From a virus (Duplodnaviria > Heunggongvirae > Uroviricota > Caudoviricetes): 9,881 bases of DNA. Where the stretch lies: IMG/VR virus record IMGVR_UViG_2675903425_000022; one strand, given 5' to 3'. Positions 1 through 5,671 of this stretch are shown in pieces. The position numbers were made by a program, and so were the translations under genes. The notes beneath the pieces are model-generated. The model worked only from the letters and a program-made list of their open reading frames with translations, did no database searches and was not told the origin of the DNA. The stretch's first letter is position 1, and the number at the start of each line of letters is the position of its first letter.

Positions 1-728
1 CGAACAATATCCCGGTGCTTGTTCAGCTCCCGCAGCGCGGCGCAGACTCGCTCCCACTTCTGAACATCACTTTTCGCCCTGCGCAGCGCCAGGTTTGCCC
101 TGCGCAGGGACGGAAAAATCAGCTCATCTGCTTGCGTTTCGGTAAACGATGGCAACGGCTGCACAATGTCCGCCACAGTTTCTGTTTTAATTTCTTCCTG
201 TGTTGCGGCTTCCCGGACTGGTAACGCAGCACCTGCTGGCTGAGGAAAGGCCTTACCATCATTTTTCGTTACCGGCGCGGCTTTCGGATCTGCTGGTAAA
301 TTACCCCCCGACATGCAGTAACGAAATTTACCGTTCTGATTAACGCGTGCCAGCCGCCCCGTTGCGGTTACCACCGCCAGCGTGGAAGCAACCTTGCGAG
401 TACTGACACCGAACTTACCCGCCAGTTCCTCACACGTTTTAGCCCCATCCTGACCGATAAACTCAATCATCATGTCTGCGGTAACTTTTTGTTCGACCTC
501 CCCGGTCAGCATATCCTGTGCTTCAGATTTTACTGGCCGCTCTTCGGTTACCCGGGATTCACCTTCGCCAGCCAGAAACCAGGTGTGACCAGTTTTATCA
601 ACGACGCCATTTATTTTGAGTTCCCACAGCTCGTTGACAGCCTCTTCACGACTGATTCCAAGGCGAGCTGCCACCACATGTGAAGAGGCTTTTTTCAGTG
701 CTTTCAGTGCGTCAGATACGGTTTCCAT
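1..728 (-). CDS. DUF1627-like hypothetical protein with two winged-helix-like segments; partial, 3' end beyond window start
   Basis: Minus-strand frame checked codon by codon: open from ATG (top-strand CAT 726-728) down to position 3 with no stop. GGAGG (top CCTCC 737-741) lies 8 nt upstream. Translation begins METVSDALKALKKASSHVVAARLGISREEAVNELWELKINGVVDKTGHTWFLAG. Position directly after the DnaC-like gene matches the ydaV-ydaW arrangement recalled for Rac-type prophages. Family name is from memory, not a search. Confidence 0.6.
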   Translation of the reverse strand, partial: METVSDALKALKKASSHVVAARLGISREEAVNELWELKINGVVDKTGHTWFLAGEGESRVTEERPVKSEAQDMLTGEVEQKVTADMMIEFIGQDGAKTCEELAGKFGVSTRKVASTLAVVTATGRLARVNQNGKFRYCMSGGNLPADPKAAPVTKNDGKAFPQPAGAALPVREAATQEEIKTETVADIVQPLPSFTETQADELIFPSLRRANLALRRAKSDVQKWERVCAALRELNKHRDIV

Positions 729-749
729 TAAAATTTCCTCCGGACAAAA

Positions 750-1496
750 TTACTTCACAACCCTCATATTGCTGACATTTGGACGCCAGCTATCCCAGTT
801 AAACGTCACCCATCGACCACCGTTCATGGTCATGCGGTCCATAATCCTCTCACCAAGAAGTGTACTCATTGCGGCATGATTCAGGTTTGTTAACATCCCG
901 ACACTGCACAGTGATGCTGTCCGGCGATCAATTATCTGGTGTAATACCACCTGCTCGTTTTTCGTCTCCCGCTGAACGCCTATTTCATCCAGGACCAGCA
1001 AATCAACACTGCAAAGCTCCTGTAAAAATTTTTCCCCGGATTTGCCGTTGTCGTAGCTGTCATGCAACACGCTCATGACATCAGACACGGTGACGATAAT
1101 CACGCTGCGCCCCTTCGCCATCAGCCGGTTACCCATCGCCGCTGCAAGGTGATTTTTCCCGGTGCCGGTTTTACCGCTGAACACAAAATTCGTGCACCCG
1201 GTCATCAGTTCGTCAGCTATGGATTTGGCCTGGCTCAGCGCGTATTTTTGCCCGTCGTTCTGCACCTGATAATTCGCAAACGAGCATTTGCTGTGCAGAG
1301 GCTGGATGCCCGAACGATTCAGGATTTTTTCCACCCGCAACTGGTGATTCTGGCGGTTAATCTCCTCGCTGCGTTTTCGTCCTTCAGCAAGTTGCCATTC
1401 CCGCCACTCCTCCACCGTCCGGTACGGTGGAACCGACGCCTGTGGTGCAAGTCTGCGAATACGTTCAAGAACCCCGGCTGCCGCAATGTTTTTCAT
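750..1496 (-). CDS. DnaC-like replicative helicase loader (phage replication protein, AAA+)
   Basis: 248-aa ORF. Contains GKTGTGKNHLAAA (E. coli DnaC has GKPGTGKNHLAAA, recalled) and a Walker B-like DLLVLDEIG, with a C-terminal LGERIMDRM...WVTFNWDSWR tail resembling DnaC. ATG at 1496 with GGGGGTGA upstream; it starts 6 nt after the stop of the upstream initiator gene. Confidence 0.9.
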   Translation of the reverse strand: MKNIAAAGVLERIRRLAPQASVPPYRTVEEWREWQLAEGRKRSEEINRQNHQLRVEKILNRSGIQPLHSKCSFANYQVQNDGQKYALSQAKSIADELMTGCTNFVFSGKTGTGKNHLAAAMGNRLMAKGRSVIIVTVSDVMSVLHDSYDNGKSGEKFLQELCSVDLLVLDEIGVQRETKNEQVVLHQIIDRRTASLCSVGMLTNLNHAAMSTLLGERIMDRMTMNGGRWVTFNWDSWRPNVSNMRVVK

Positions 1497-1502
1497 GCCA
1501 CA

Positions 1503-2594
1503 TCACCCCCTGAATCCCGGCGGAATTTCGGTATCCGGTTCAGAAATATGATTCACACAACGCTGGTTGTTCGTGCCGCTTACCGGGAGCAACCAGGGGT
1601 TTTCAAAATTCCGGTCCGGCCCAAAAAACGTCGTCGCTCGCTGAACAAATTCCGTTCCCGCTTTCCCGGTCGCCGCCAGGTATCTCGCGTAACGCCTCAC
1701 ACCATCCAGCATGGTCTCTGGTGGCACCCCCTCGCGCAATCTGGCCTTCCAGGCACTGAAAGCGGATTTCTTCGGGTTTGCCCCAGCACGCAACGGGTAT
1801 TCCCGCCAGACCTGTTCGAACACATCCGGATAATCCACTCGTCCCACAGACTGCCCGGTGCTTTCCGGGACTACCCGATCGGCTTCCCGCTGAATGGCGG
1901 AATCGGCTTCAGGCTGCTGCAGTTGGTGTGATTGCTCCGACCCTGCGGTCATCACCTGCTGCACAGCGCCCGAATCGGCTTCCGGTGTCGTGCCTGCTGG
2001 CTGACCAGGATTGACGGTCTGAACATCCCCTGCCTGGTTCGTGGTGTTTTTTTTGCCATGAACCATAGTGTTTTTGTCCTGTTCCTGTTCTTTCTCCTGC
2101 TCCTGTTCCTGTTCTTGGCTTCGAAGCCCCTTAAAAGCCCCTTCGAAGCCCCTTACCGAATTTCGGCTATTATTCCGCCTCACATCCAGATGGAAATCCG
2201 TTTTATATCTGTCGTAAAACACTGACAGAAAAGCGTTTTCAGGTAATGATGCATACTCATTCCTGACACCTGCACAACGGTTATCGCCAGGCTTCAACGT
2301 TTCCCCAACCTGCCAGGCTGCCATTTCATGGACCCAGACCATCTCTGCATCATGGTCATAGCTACAAAAACCAGCTTCAACAGCCCTTTTAAGCCCCTTT
2401 GAAGCCCCTTCCAGACCAAGCCCGGTTTCATGAGCAAGGTATAAAACTGGCAGGTAATACAAACCCAGCATATTTGCGTGAGGGGATGTCATCAGGTAAA
2501 AAGCAACAACTTGCGCTTCTGCACCCGCCTTTCTAAGTTCTCTCCCCGTTTCTCCCAGCCAGAATCGCGGAGAAACTTTTGCGTAATCACGCAT
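1503..2594 (-). CDS. Replication initiator / replisome organizer (O-like); alternative upstream start at 2705
   Basis: Long ORF immediately upstream of, and tightly coupled to, the DnaC-like gene, which is the classic O-P arrangement. I place the start at M38 (MRDYAKVSPRFWLGETG..., top CAT 2592-2594) because GAGGT lies 5 nt upstream; the longest ORF start (2705) has no Shine-Dalgarno. The gene contains two clusters of iteron-like repeats and an (EQ)n linker (see repeat features). Confidence 0.65.
   Translation of the reverse strand: MRDYAKVSPRFWLGETGRELRKAGAEAQVVAFYLMTSPHANMLGLYYLPVLYLAHETGLGLEGASKGLKRAVEAGFCSYDHDAEMVWVHEMAAWQVGETLKPGDNRCAGVRNEYASLPENAFLSVFYDRYKTDFHLDVRRNNSRNSVRGFEGAFKGLRSQEQEQEQEKEQEQDKNTMVHGKKNTTNQAGDVQTVNPGQPAGTTPEADSGAVQQVMTAGSEQSHQLQQPEADSAIQREADRVVPESTGQSVGRVDYPDVFEQVWREYPLRAGANPKKSAFSAWKARLREGVPPETMLDGVRRYARYLAATGKAGTEFVQRATTFFGPDRNFENPWLLPVSGTNNQRCVNHISEPDTEIPPGFRG
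2078..2113. repeat. Imperfect tandem hexanucleotide repeat (CCTGTT)n, about 6 units, in frame within the initiator gene
   Basis: Read directly: cctgtt cctgtt ctttct cctgct cctgtt cctgtt. On the minus strand it encodes QEQEQEQEKEQEQ in the initiator. Confidence 0.8.
2123..2154. repeat. Iteron-like cluster 1: three tandem copies of (G/A)AAGCCCCTT at 11-bp spacing
   Basis: Read directly: GAAGCCCCTT (2123-2132), AAAGCCCCTT (2134-2143), GAAGCCCCTT (2145-2154). Flanked on the low-coordinate side by the hexamer repeat and a T-rich stretch (2040-2076). Confidence 0.7.
2382..2410. repeat. Iteron-like cluster 2: three tandem copies of the AAGCCCC(T)TT unit at about 10-bp spacing
   Basis: Read directly: AGCCCTTTT, AAGCCCCTTT, GAAGCCCCTT. 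Same core as cluster 1, about 230 bp away, inside the same gene. Confidence 0.7.
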
Positions 2595-2672
2595 GGCTAC
2601 CTCATCTGGTGCCGAACCTTCCTCCGGATATAATCTGTGGTTCCCAATCGACAGAACCAGAGGAGGTTCGAC

Positions 2673-3128
2673 ATGTATTTTTTGAAAAGCCTTTATCAGG
2701 CTCATGTATTAAATGTTGCAGCAACAAACCGCTGGTGTAACAGCCCCGAAATGCTCCCGGATTACAGAGCCTGGCTGCGCGCCGAAACATACCTTCGTCT
2801 CGACATATTGATTAGCGAACTTCAAAAAGAGACTGCATCCATTCATAACCTTCAGGGTATCGACGCTGTTCGCATTCTGGTATCGCGCCATAGTGCTCTC
2901 TCAATAATTGAAGTGCGTCATCTCTCTTTTTCTGAACTGATTTTCTTGCTTCAACCAGCTCTGGAATCAGCGAATATCCCGCCGGAAGTGATCCAATACC
3001 CACCTCATGTTGACGAGCAGTTACAAGATGTGCCATACAACCAGCGTGCTGGATTGACTCCCTGCTCAGAGGCTGAATGGGATCACTCTCTGCTGAAGAA
3101 ATACCAAGATTTGTATAATCCTCAATAA
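2673..3128 (+). CDS. Hypothetical protein (151 aa) antisense to the minus-strand operon; candidate independently expressed moron
   Basis: ATG at 2673 is preceded by a perfect AGGAGG (2660-2665, 7-nt spacer) and a perfect TATAAT (2629-2634) about 38 nt upstream. No family recognised from the translation (MYFLKSLYQAHVLNVAATNRW...). It overlaps the minus-strand ORF 2812..3321; only one of the two may be real. Confidence 0.3.
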   Translation: MYFLKSLYQAHVLNVAATNRWCNSPEMLPDYRAWLRAETYLRLDILISELQKETASIHNLQGIDAVRILVSRHSALSIIEVRHLSFSELIFLLQPALESANIPPEVIQYPPHVDEQLQDVPYNQRAGLTPCSEAEWDHSLLKKYQDLYNPQ

Positions 3129-3321
3129 GCCCGGCACACGCTTCTGCATCAGCCAGCTTTATTCTGGTTTCCTTGCGCTGTTCTCTGGCTGACAAACGCC
3201 AGAGCAGCGCATTAGCTTTATGTATCAACCACTCTGCCAGCTCCACATCAGATAAACCGCCACGCCAGATGTGCGGACTGTTTTCGTAAACGCTCAGTGT
3301 CAATTTTTTGTCATTACTCAT
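2812..3321 (-). CDS. Hypothetical protein (169 aa) between the CII-like gene and the initiator
   Basis: ORF in the same orientation as the operon, with ATG at 3321 starting 13 nt after the stop of the YdaT-like gene. Weak Shine-Dalgarno (TGGGTAA); an alternative GTG start at 3372 would overlap the upstream gene. The translation is charged and helical-looking (MSNDKKLTLSVYENSPHIWRGGLSDVELAEWLIHKANALLWRL...). No family recognised. Confidence 0.4.
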   Translation of the reverse strand: MSNDKKLTLSVYENSPHIWRGGLSDVELAEWLIHKANALLWRLSAREQRKETRIKLADAEACAGLIEDYTNLGISSAESDPIQPLSRESIQHAGCMAHLVTARQHEVGIGSLPAGYSLIPELVEARKSVQKKRDDALQLLREHYGAIPECEQRRYPEGYEWMQSLFEVR

Positions 3322-3334
3322 ATTTATTACCCAA

Positions 3335-3825
3335 TTAATGCACAGCCAGAGTGTTTCCTGCCGGGCCACCACGATTCATCTGATCGAACAGAACGATCGC
3401 TGATGCAACGAAATCATCAATATCTTTCACCAGCCGTTCCTTCGTCTCTACCAACTCCCGAAAATAAGCGGAACTGTGGCTGCGCATTCGGGCCACCAGC
3501 GGAGGCGGCATCGCTTTTTCGATCGCTGGTAACAACGCCTGAATTTTTTTAACCGCATCAGGAGTGTCTTTCTCCACCCAGCGGAAAATTTTCTGAGTAT
3601 TGCGAGCCATGGCTTCCGGATGGCTGTCGTCATACAGTTCCGGGAACGTCATTCCCAGCTCGAAATACGCTTNNNNNNNNNNNNNNNNNNNNNNNNNNNN
3701 NNNNNNNNNNNNNNNNNNNNNNGCTCGAAATACGCTTTGGTAATTTTCGCAGCCGGTACTTTTTCGCCGTCCGGATGCGCCCAGGCATTCATCGCCATGC
3801 GGATGTGTTCATGCTTGATTTTCAT
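3335..3825 (-). CDS. ydaT: YdaT-like (CII-analogous) regulatory protein; ORF interrupted by a 50-N gap
   Basis: ATG at 3825 (top CAT 3823-3825) with GGAG 7 nt upstream. N-terminus is MKIKHEHIRMAMNAWAHPDGEKVPAAKITKAYFE up to the gap, and the translation resumes after it as LGMTFPELYDDSHPEAM...GNTLAVH. Removing the gap and one copy of the duplicated 15-mer gives a continuous 426-nt ORF (141 aa), the size recalled for YdaT. Position after the Cro-like gene fits. Confidence 0.7.
3673..3722. other. Run of 50 N (scaffold gap), flanked by identical 15-mers
   Basis: gctcgaaatacgctt occurs at 3658-3672 and again at 3723-3737, immediately on either side of the N run. Confidence 0.95.
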
Positions 3826-4081
3826 GAATCAACTCCGGCGCATTTGATGTGTTAACCTTACATCCAACAGGTAAACCGTCGGTTGGGTTAGGATAAATAT
3901 CTGGGCGGATTTCATGCGGGGTAACTTCCCACTTCATTAGTTGGCATAACGGAATTACCTGCTTTGGGGGAACGCCAAAGCTAAACCATTGCCAAACAGT
4001 CTGTTGAGCGACCCCCATATAACGACCTATTTCAGCCTGAGTGTATTTCTGCCTAATTTTTTCGCGAGTGCTATCTAGCAT
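3809..4081 (-). CDS. ydaS: Cro-like HTH regulator (YdaS-like), first gene of the minus-strand early operon
   Basis: 90-aa ORF with a classic HTH (TQAEIGRYMGVAQQTVWQW). ATG at 4081 with GGAGG 6 nt upstream. It is divergent from the plus-strand repressor-like gene across a 108-bp region holding a perfect palindrome. The 3' end overlaps the YdaT-like start by 17 nt. Confidence 0.75.
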   Translation of the reverse strand: MLDSTREKIRQKYTQAEIGRYMGVAQQTVWQWFSFGVPPKQVIPLCQLMKWEVTPHEIRPDIYPNPTDGLPVGCKVNTSNAPELIHENQA

Positions 4082-4114
4082 TTTGCCCTCCTCTAAAAAC
4101 TATAAGCAAAGCCT

Positions 4115-4153
4115 ACAATAAAAAACTGTATGCAATCAACAGTTTTTTATTGT
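4115..4153. promoter_or_regulatory. Putative operator: perfect 15-bp inverted repeat ACAATAAAAAACTGT / ACAGTTTTTTATTGT with 9-bp spacer, in the divergent promoter region
   Basis: Read directly. Additional ACAG/CTGT half-site-like motifs follow at 4162-4177. Location between the Cro-like and repressor-like genes. Confidence 0.6.
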
Positions 4154-4189
4154 GATGCTTTTAACAGTATTTACCTGTAAAATTGAATA

Positions 4190-4591
4190 ATGATGAGCGC
4201 CCTAGAAGTATCTATGTACAGAATCAGCAAGCTTCTTCAGGAAACTGGATGGAGCCAGGCTGAGCTTGCCCGTAGAATTGGTGTGACACAACAAACTGTT
4301 CAACAATGGGTCAGCGGTAAGGCTACACCTAAAGCCTCAAGTTTGGATAAACTGGTTGAGGTTTCAGGGCATCCATTGCATTGGTTTTTATTGCCTCCTG
4401 AAGAGTGTGAGCAAATTTTCACCCCTGACACGATGAAAATTGGTCCTCGCCAACGCGAACTGCTCCAAGCTTTTAGTGCGTTTCCTGAGGAAGACCAAGA
4501 AAAAATGCTTCAAGAAATCAAAGACAAGAAAAAATCAATGGAAGAAACCATTGCTAGGTGGCTGGCGGCACAAAAAAGCCGCCGGGCGTGA
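4190..4591 (+). CDS. paaR2: HTH (XRE-family) transcriptional regulator, PaaR2-like; occupies the CI-repressor position
   Basis: 133-aa ORF with HTH (SQAELARRIGVTQQTVQQWVSGK) and no LexA-type peptidase domain. It is first in a three-gene operon with a 63-aa antitoxin and a ParE toxin, matching the paaR2-paaA2-parE2 arrangement recalled from E. coli O157 prophage CP-933P. There is no Shine-Dalgarno before ATG 4190, so it may be leaderless or start at ATG 4214. Confidence 0.75.
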   Translation: MMSALEVSMYRISKLLQETGWSQAELARRIGVTQQTVQQWVSGKATPKASSLDKLVEVSGHPLHWFLLPPEECEQIFTPDTMKIGPRQRELLQAFSAFPEEDQEKMLQEIKDKKKSMEETIARWLAAQKSRRA

Positions 4592-4618
4592 CCACAGTAC
4601 AAGAAGAGGAGTTATGCC

Positions 4619-4810
4619 ATGGGTACAGCCCTTTCTCCGATAGTTTCAGAATTCGAAACTACCGAACAAGAAAACAGTTACAACGAATGGTTGCGCACTA
4701 AAGTAACGTCAAGCCTTGCAGACACTCGCCCCGCAATTCCACATGACGAGGTAATGGCTGAAATGGAAAATCTTATTGCTCAAATTGCTGTAACTAACAA
4801 GAGCGAGTAA
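4619..4810 (+). CDS. paaA2: Small antitoxin of the ParE module (PaaA2-like)
   Basis: 63-aa acidic ORF (MGTALSPIVSEFETTEQENSYNEWLRTKV...). GAGGA 8 nt upstream of the ATG; its stop overlaps the toxin start (TAATG). Size and position match PaaA2 as recalled. Confidence 0.7.
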   Translation: MGTALSPIVSEFETTEQENSYNEWLRTKVTSSLADTRPAIPHDEVMAEMENLIAQIAVTNKSE

Positions 4811-5097
4811 TGTTACCCATTTTATGGCTACCGTCTGCTCGCGATGATTTGCGCCAGATCATAACTTACATCGCCAAGGAGAACCCACCGGCAGCACGTA
4901 GACTAAAAATACGCATTGAAACATCGGTATTACCTCTATCTGAGCATCCGTACTTATATCCACCAAGCGAACGGGTTTCTGGATTGAGAGAGATCGTGAC
5001 CCACCCTAACTACATAATCCTGTACAGAGTAGCTGCTTCAAGCATTGAGATTGTAAGCGTGACACATTCTCGGCGACAATTTCCCTTCTCTATCTGA
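4810..5097 (+). CDS. parE2: ParE/RelE-family toxin (ParE2-like)
   Basis: 95-aa ORF translationally coupled to the antitoxin. Sequence ...RQIITYIAKENPPAARRLKIRIETSVLPLSEHPYLYPPSERVSGLREIVTHPNYIILYRV... is typical of ParE/RelE-fold toxins. Confidence 0.8.
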   Translation: MLPILWLPSARDDLRQIITYIAKENPPAARRLKIRIETSVLPLSEHPYLYPPSERVSGLREIVTHPNYIILYRVAASSIEIVSVTHSRRQFPFSI

Positions 5098-5115
5098 GTT
5101 GAACAATTTTCATAC

Positions 5116-5138
5116 TCCCTCTTTCGAGGGATTTTTTT
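5116..5138 (+). terminator. Intrinsic terminator after the toxin gene
   Basis: Stem TCCCTC (5116-5121), loop TTTC, stem GAGGGA (5126-5131), followed by TTTTTTT (5132-5138). Confidence 0.65.
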
Positions 5139-5148
5139 GCCCAAAACA

Positions 5149-5188
5149 ACAATTAAAAACTGTTGACACAAAAACAGTTTTTTATTGT
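5149..5188. promoter_or_regulatory. Second copy of the operator palindrome (one mismatch) with a consensus -35 TTGACA in its spacer; putative promoter/operator of the dicB-type operon
   Basis: ACAATTAAAAACTGT (5149-5163), spacer TGACACAAAA, ACAGTTTTTTATTGT (5174-5188). TTGACA at 5163-5168. The right half is identical to the right half of the 4115-4153 palindrome. No clean -10 at 17-bp spacing. Confidence 0.5.
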
Positions 5189-5374
5189 AGATTACATACA
5201 CCAACCACCCACCCCGCCCCACAGAACGCCGGGCAATACTTCGAGTTACCAAGCAGTGGTCAGGGGGTAAGTAGCCAGCCCGAGGCGTATGAACATGACG
5301 GCAGGGTTCAACTTTAATAACTATGCAGCAGGTTTTTGTTCCGCTACCCGGCGTTAAGGGGAAATGAGGTCAAC

Positions 5375-5530
5375 ATGGATACTATCGATCTTGGCAACAA
5401 CGAATCTCTGGTGTACGGCGTGTTTCCCAACCAGGACGGTACATTCACCGCGATGACGTATACCAAAAGCAAAACGTTTAAAACCGAAAATGGTGCCCGT
5501 CGCTGGCTGGAAAGAAACTCAGGTGAGTGA
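5375..5530 (+). CDS. YdfA/YdaF-like small protein (51 aa, DUF1391-type)
   Basis: ATG at 5375 with GAGG 7 nt upstream; MDTIDLGNNESLVYGVFPNQDGTFTAMTYTKSKTFKTENGARRWLERNSGE. It is the first gene after the second operator, as ydfA is in the Qin dicB operon (recalled). Confidence 0.7.
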   Translation: MDTIDLGNNESLVYGVFPNQDGTFTAMTYTKSKTFKTENGARRWLERNSGE

Positions 5531-5531
5531 T

Positions 5532-5660
5532 ATGGATTTCGACACAATCATGGAAAAGGCTTACGAAGAATACTTCGAAGGCCTTGCCGAAGGCGAGGAA
5601 GCTCTCAGCTTCAGTGAGTTTAAACAGGCGCTTTCCAGTTCGGCAAAATCTAACGACTAA
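5532..5660 (+). CDS. YdfB-like small protein (42 aa); absent from the supplied ORF track because of its size
   Basis: ATG at 5532 lies 1 nt after the upstream stop, with AGGTGAG upstream. Translation MDFDTIMEKAYEEYFEGLAEGEEALSFSEFKQALSSSAKSND ends at TAA 5658-5660. Confidence 0.6.
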   Translation: MDFDTIMEKAYEEYFEGLAEGEEALSFSEFKQALSSSAKSND

Positions 5661-5671
5661 CGGAGTTAAAG

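Noticed and set aside
15-879. Plus-strand ORFs 15..224, 489..683 and 616..879
   Set aside because: Antisense to the continuously open minus-strand DUF1627-like gene (and the DnaC-like 3' end); no start signals; implausible composition.
1062-2014. Plus-strand ORFs 1062..1931 (289 aa) and 1778..2014 antisense to the DnaC-like and initiator genes
   Set aside because: They lie entirely antisense to two well-supported genes, the translations are Arg/Pro/His-rich and low-complexity, and there is no convincing ribosome-binding site; typical shadow ORFs.
3129-3334. Inverted repeat CTCTGGC / GCCAGAG (about 3183-3204) as a terminator for the plus-strand antisense ORF
   Set aside because: No T-run follows on either strand; more likely coincidental within coding sequence.
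3448-3633. Minus-strand ORF 3448..3633 (61 aa, Arg/Lys/Cys/Trp-rich)
   Set aside because: Alternative frame inside the YdaT-like gene; composition atypical; no independent start signals.
3620-3847. Plus-strand ORF 3620..3847 translated through the N run
   Set aside because: Its open frame is created by the 50 N and it lies antisense to the YdaT-like gene.
4139-4191. Specific sigma-70 promoter hexamers for the repressor-like and Cro-like genes (for example TTAACA 4161-4166, AATAAT 4186-4191, TATAGT on the minus strand near 4100-4105)
   Set aside because: Several partial matches exist but none has both a good hexamer pair and correct spacing; left as unassigned rather than reported as features.
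5010-5252. Minus-strand ORF 5010..5252
   Set aside because: Spans the ParE 3' end, the intrinsic terminator and the operator palindrome; no ribosome-binding site; regulatory DNA is the better explanation.
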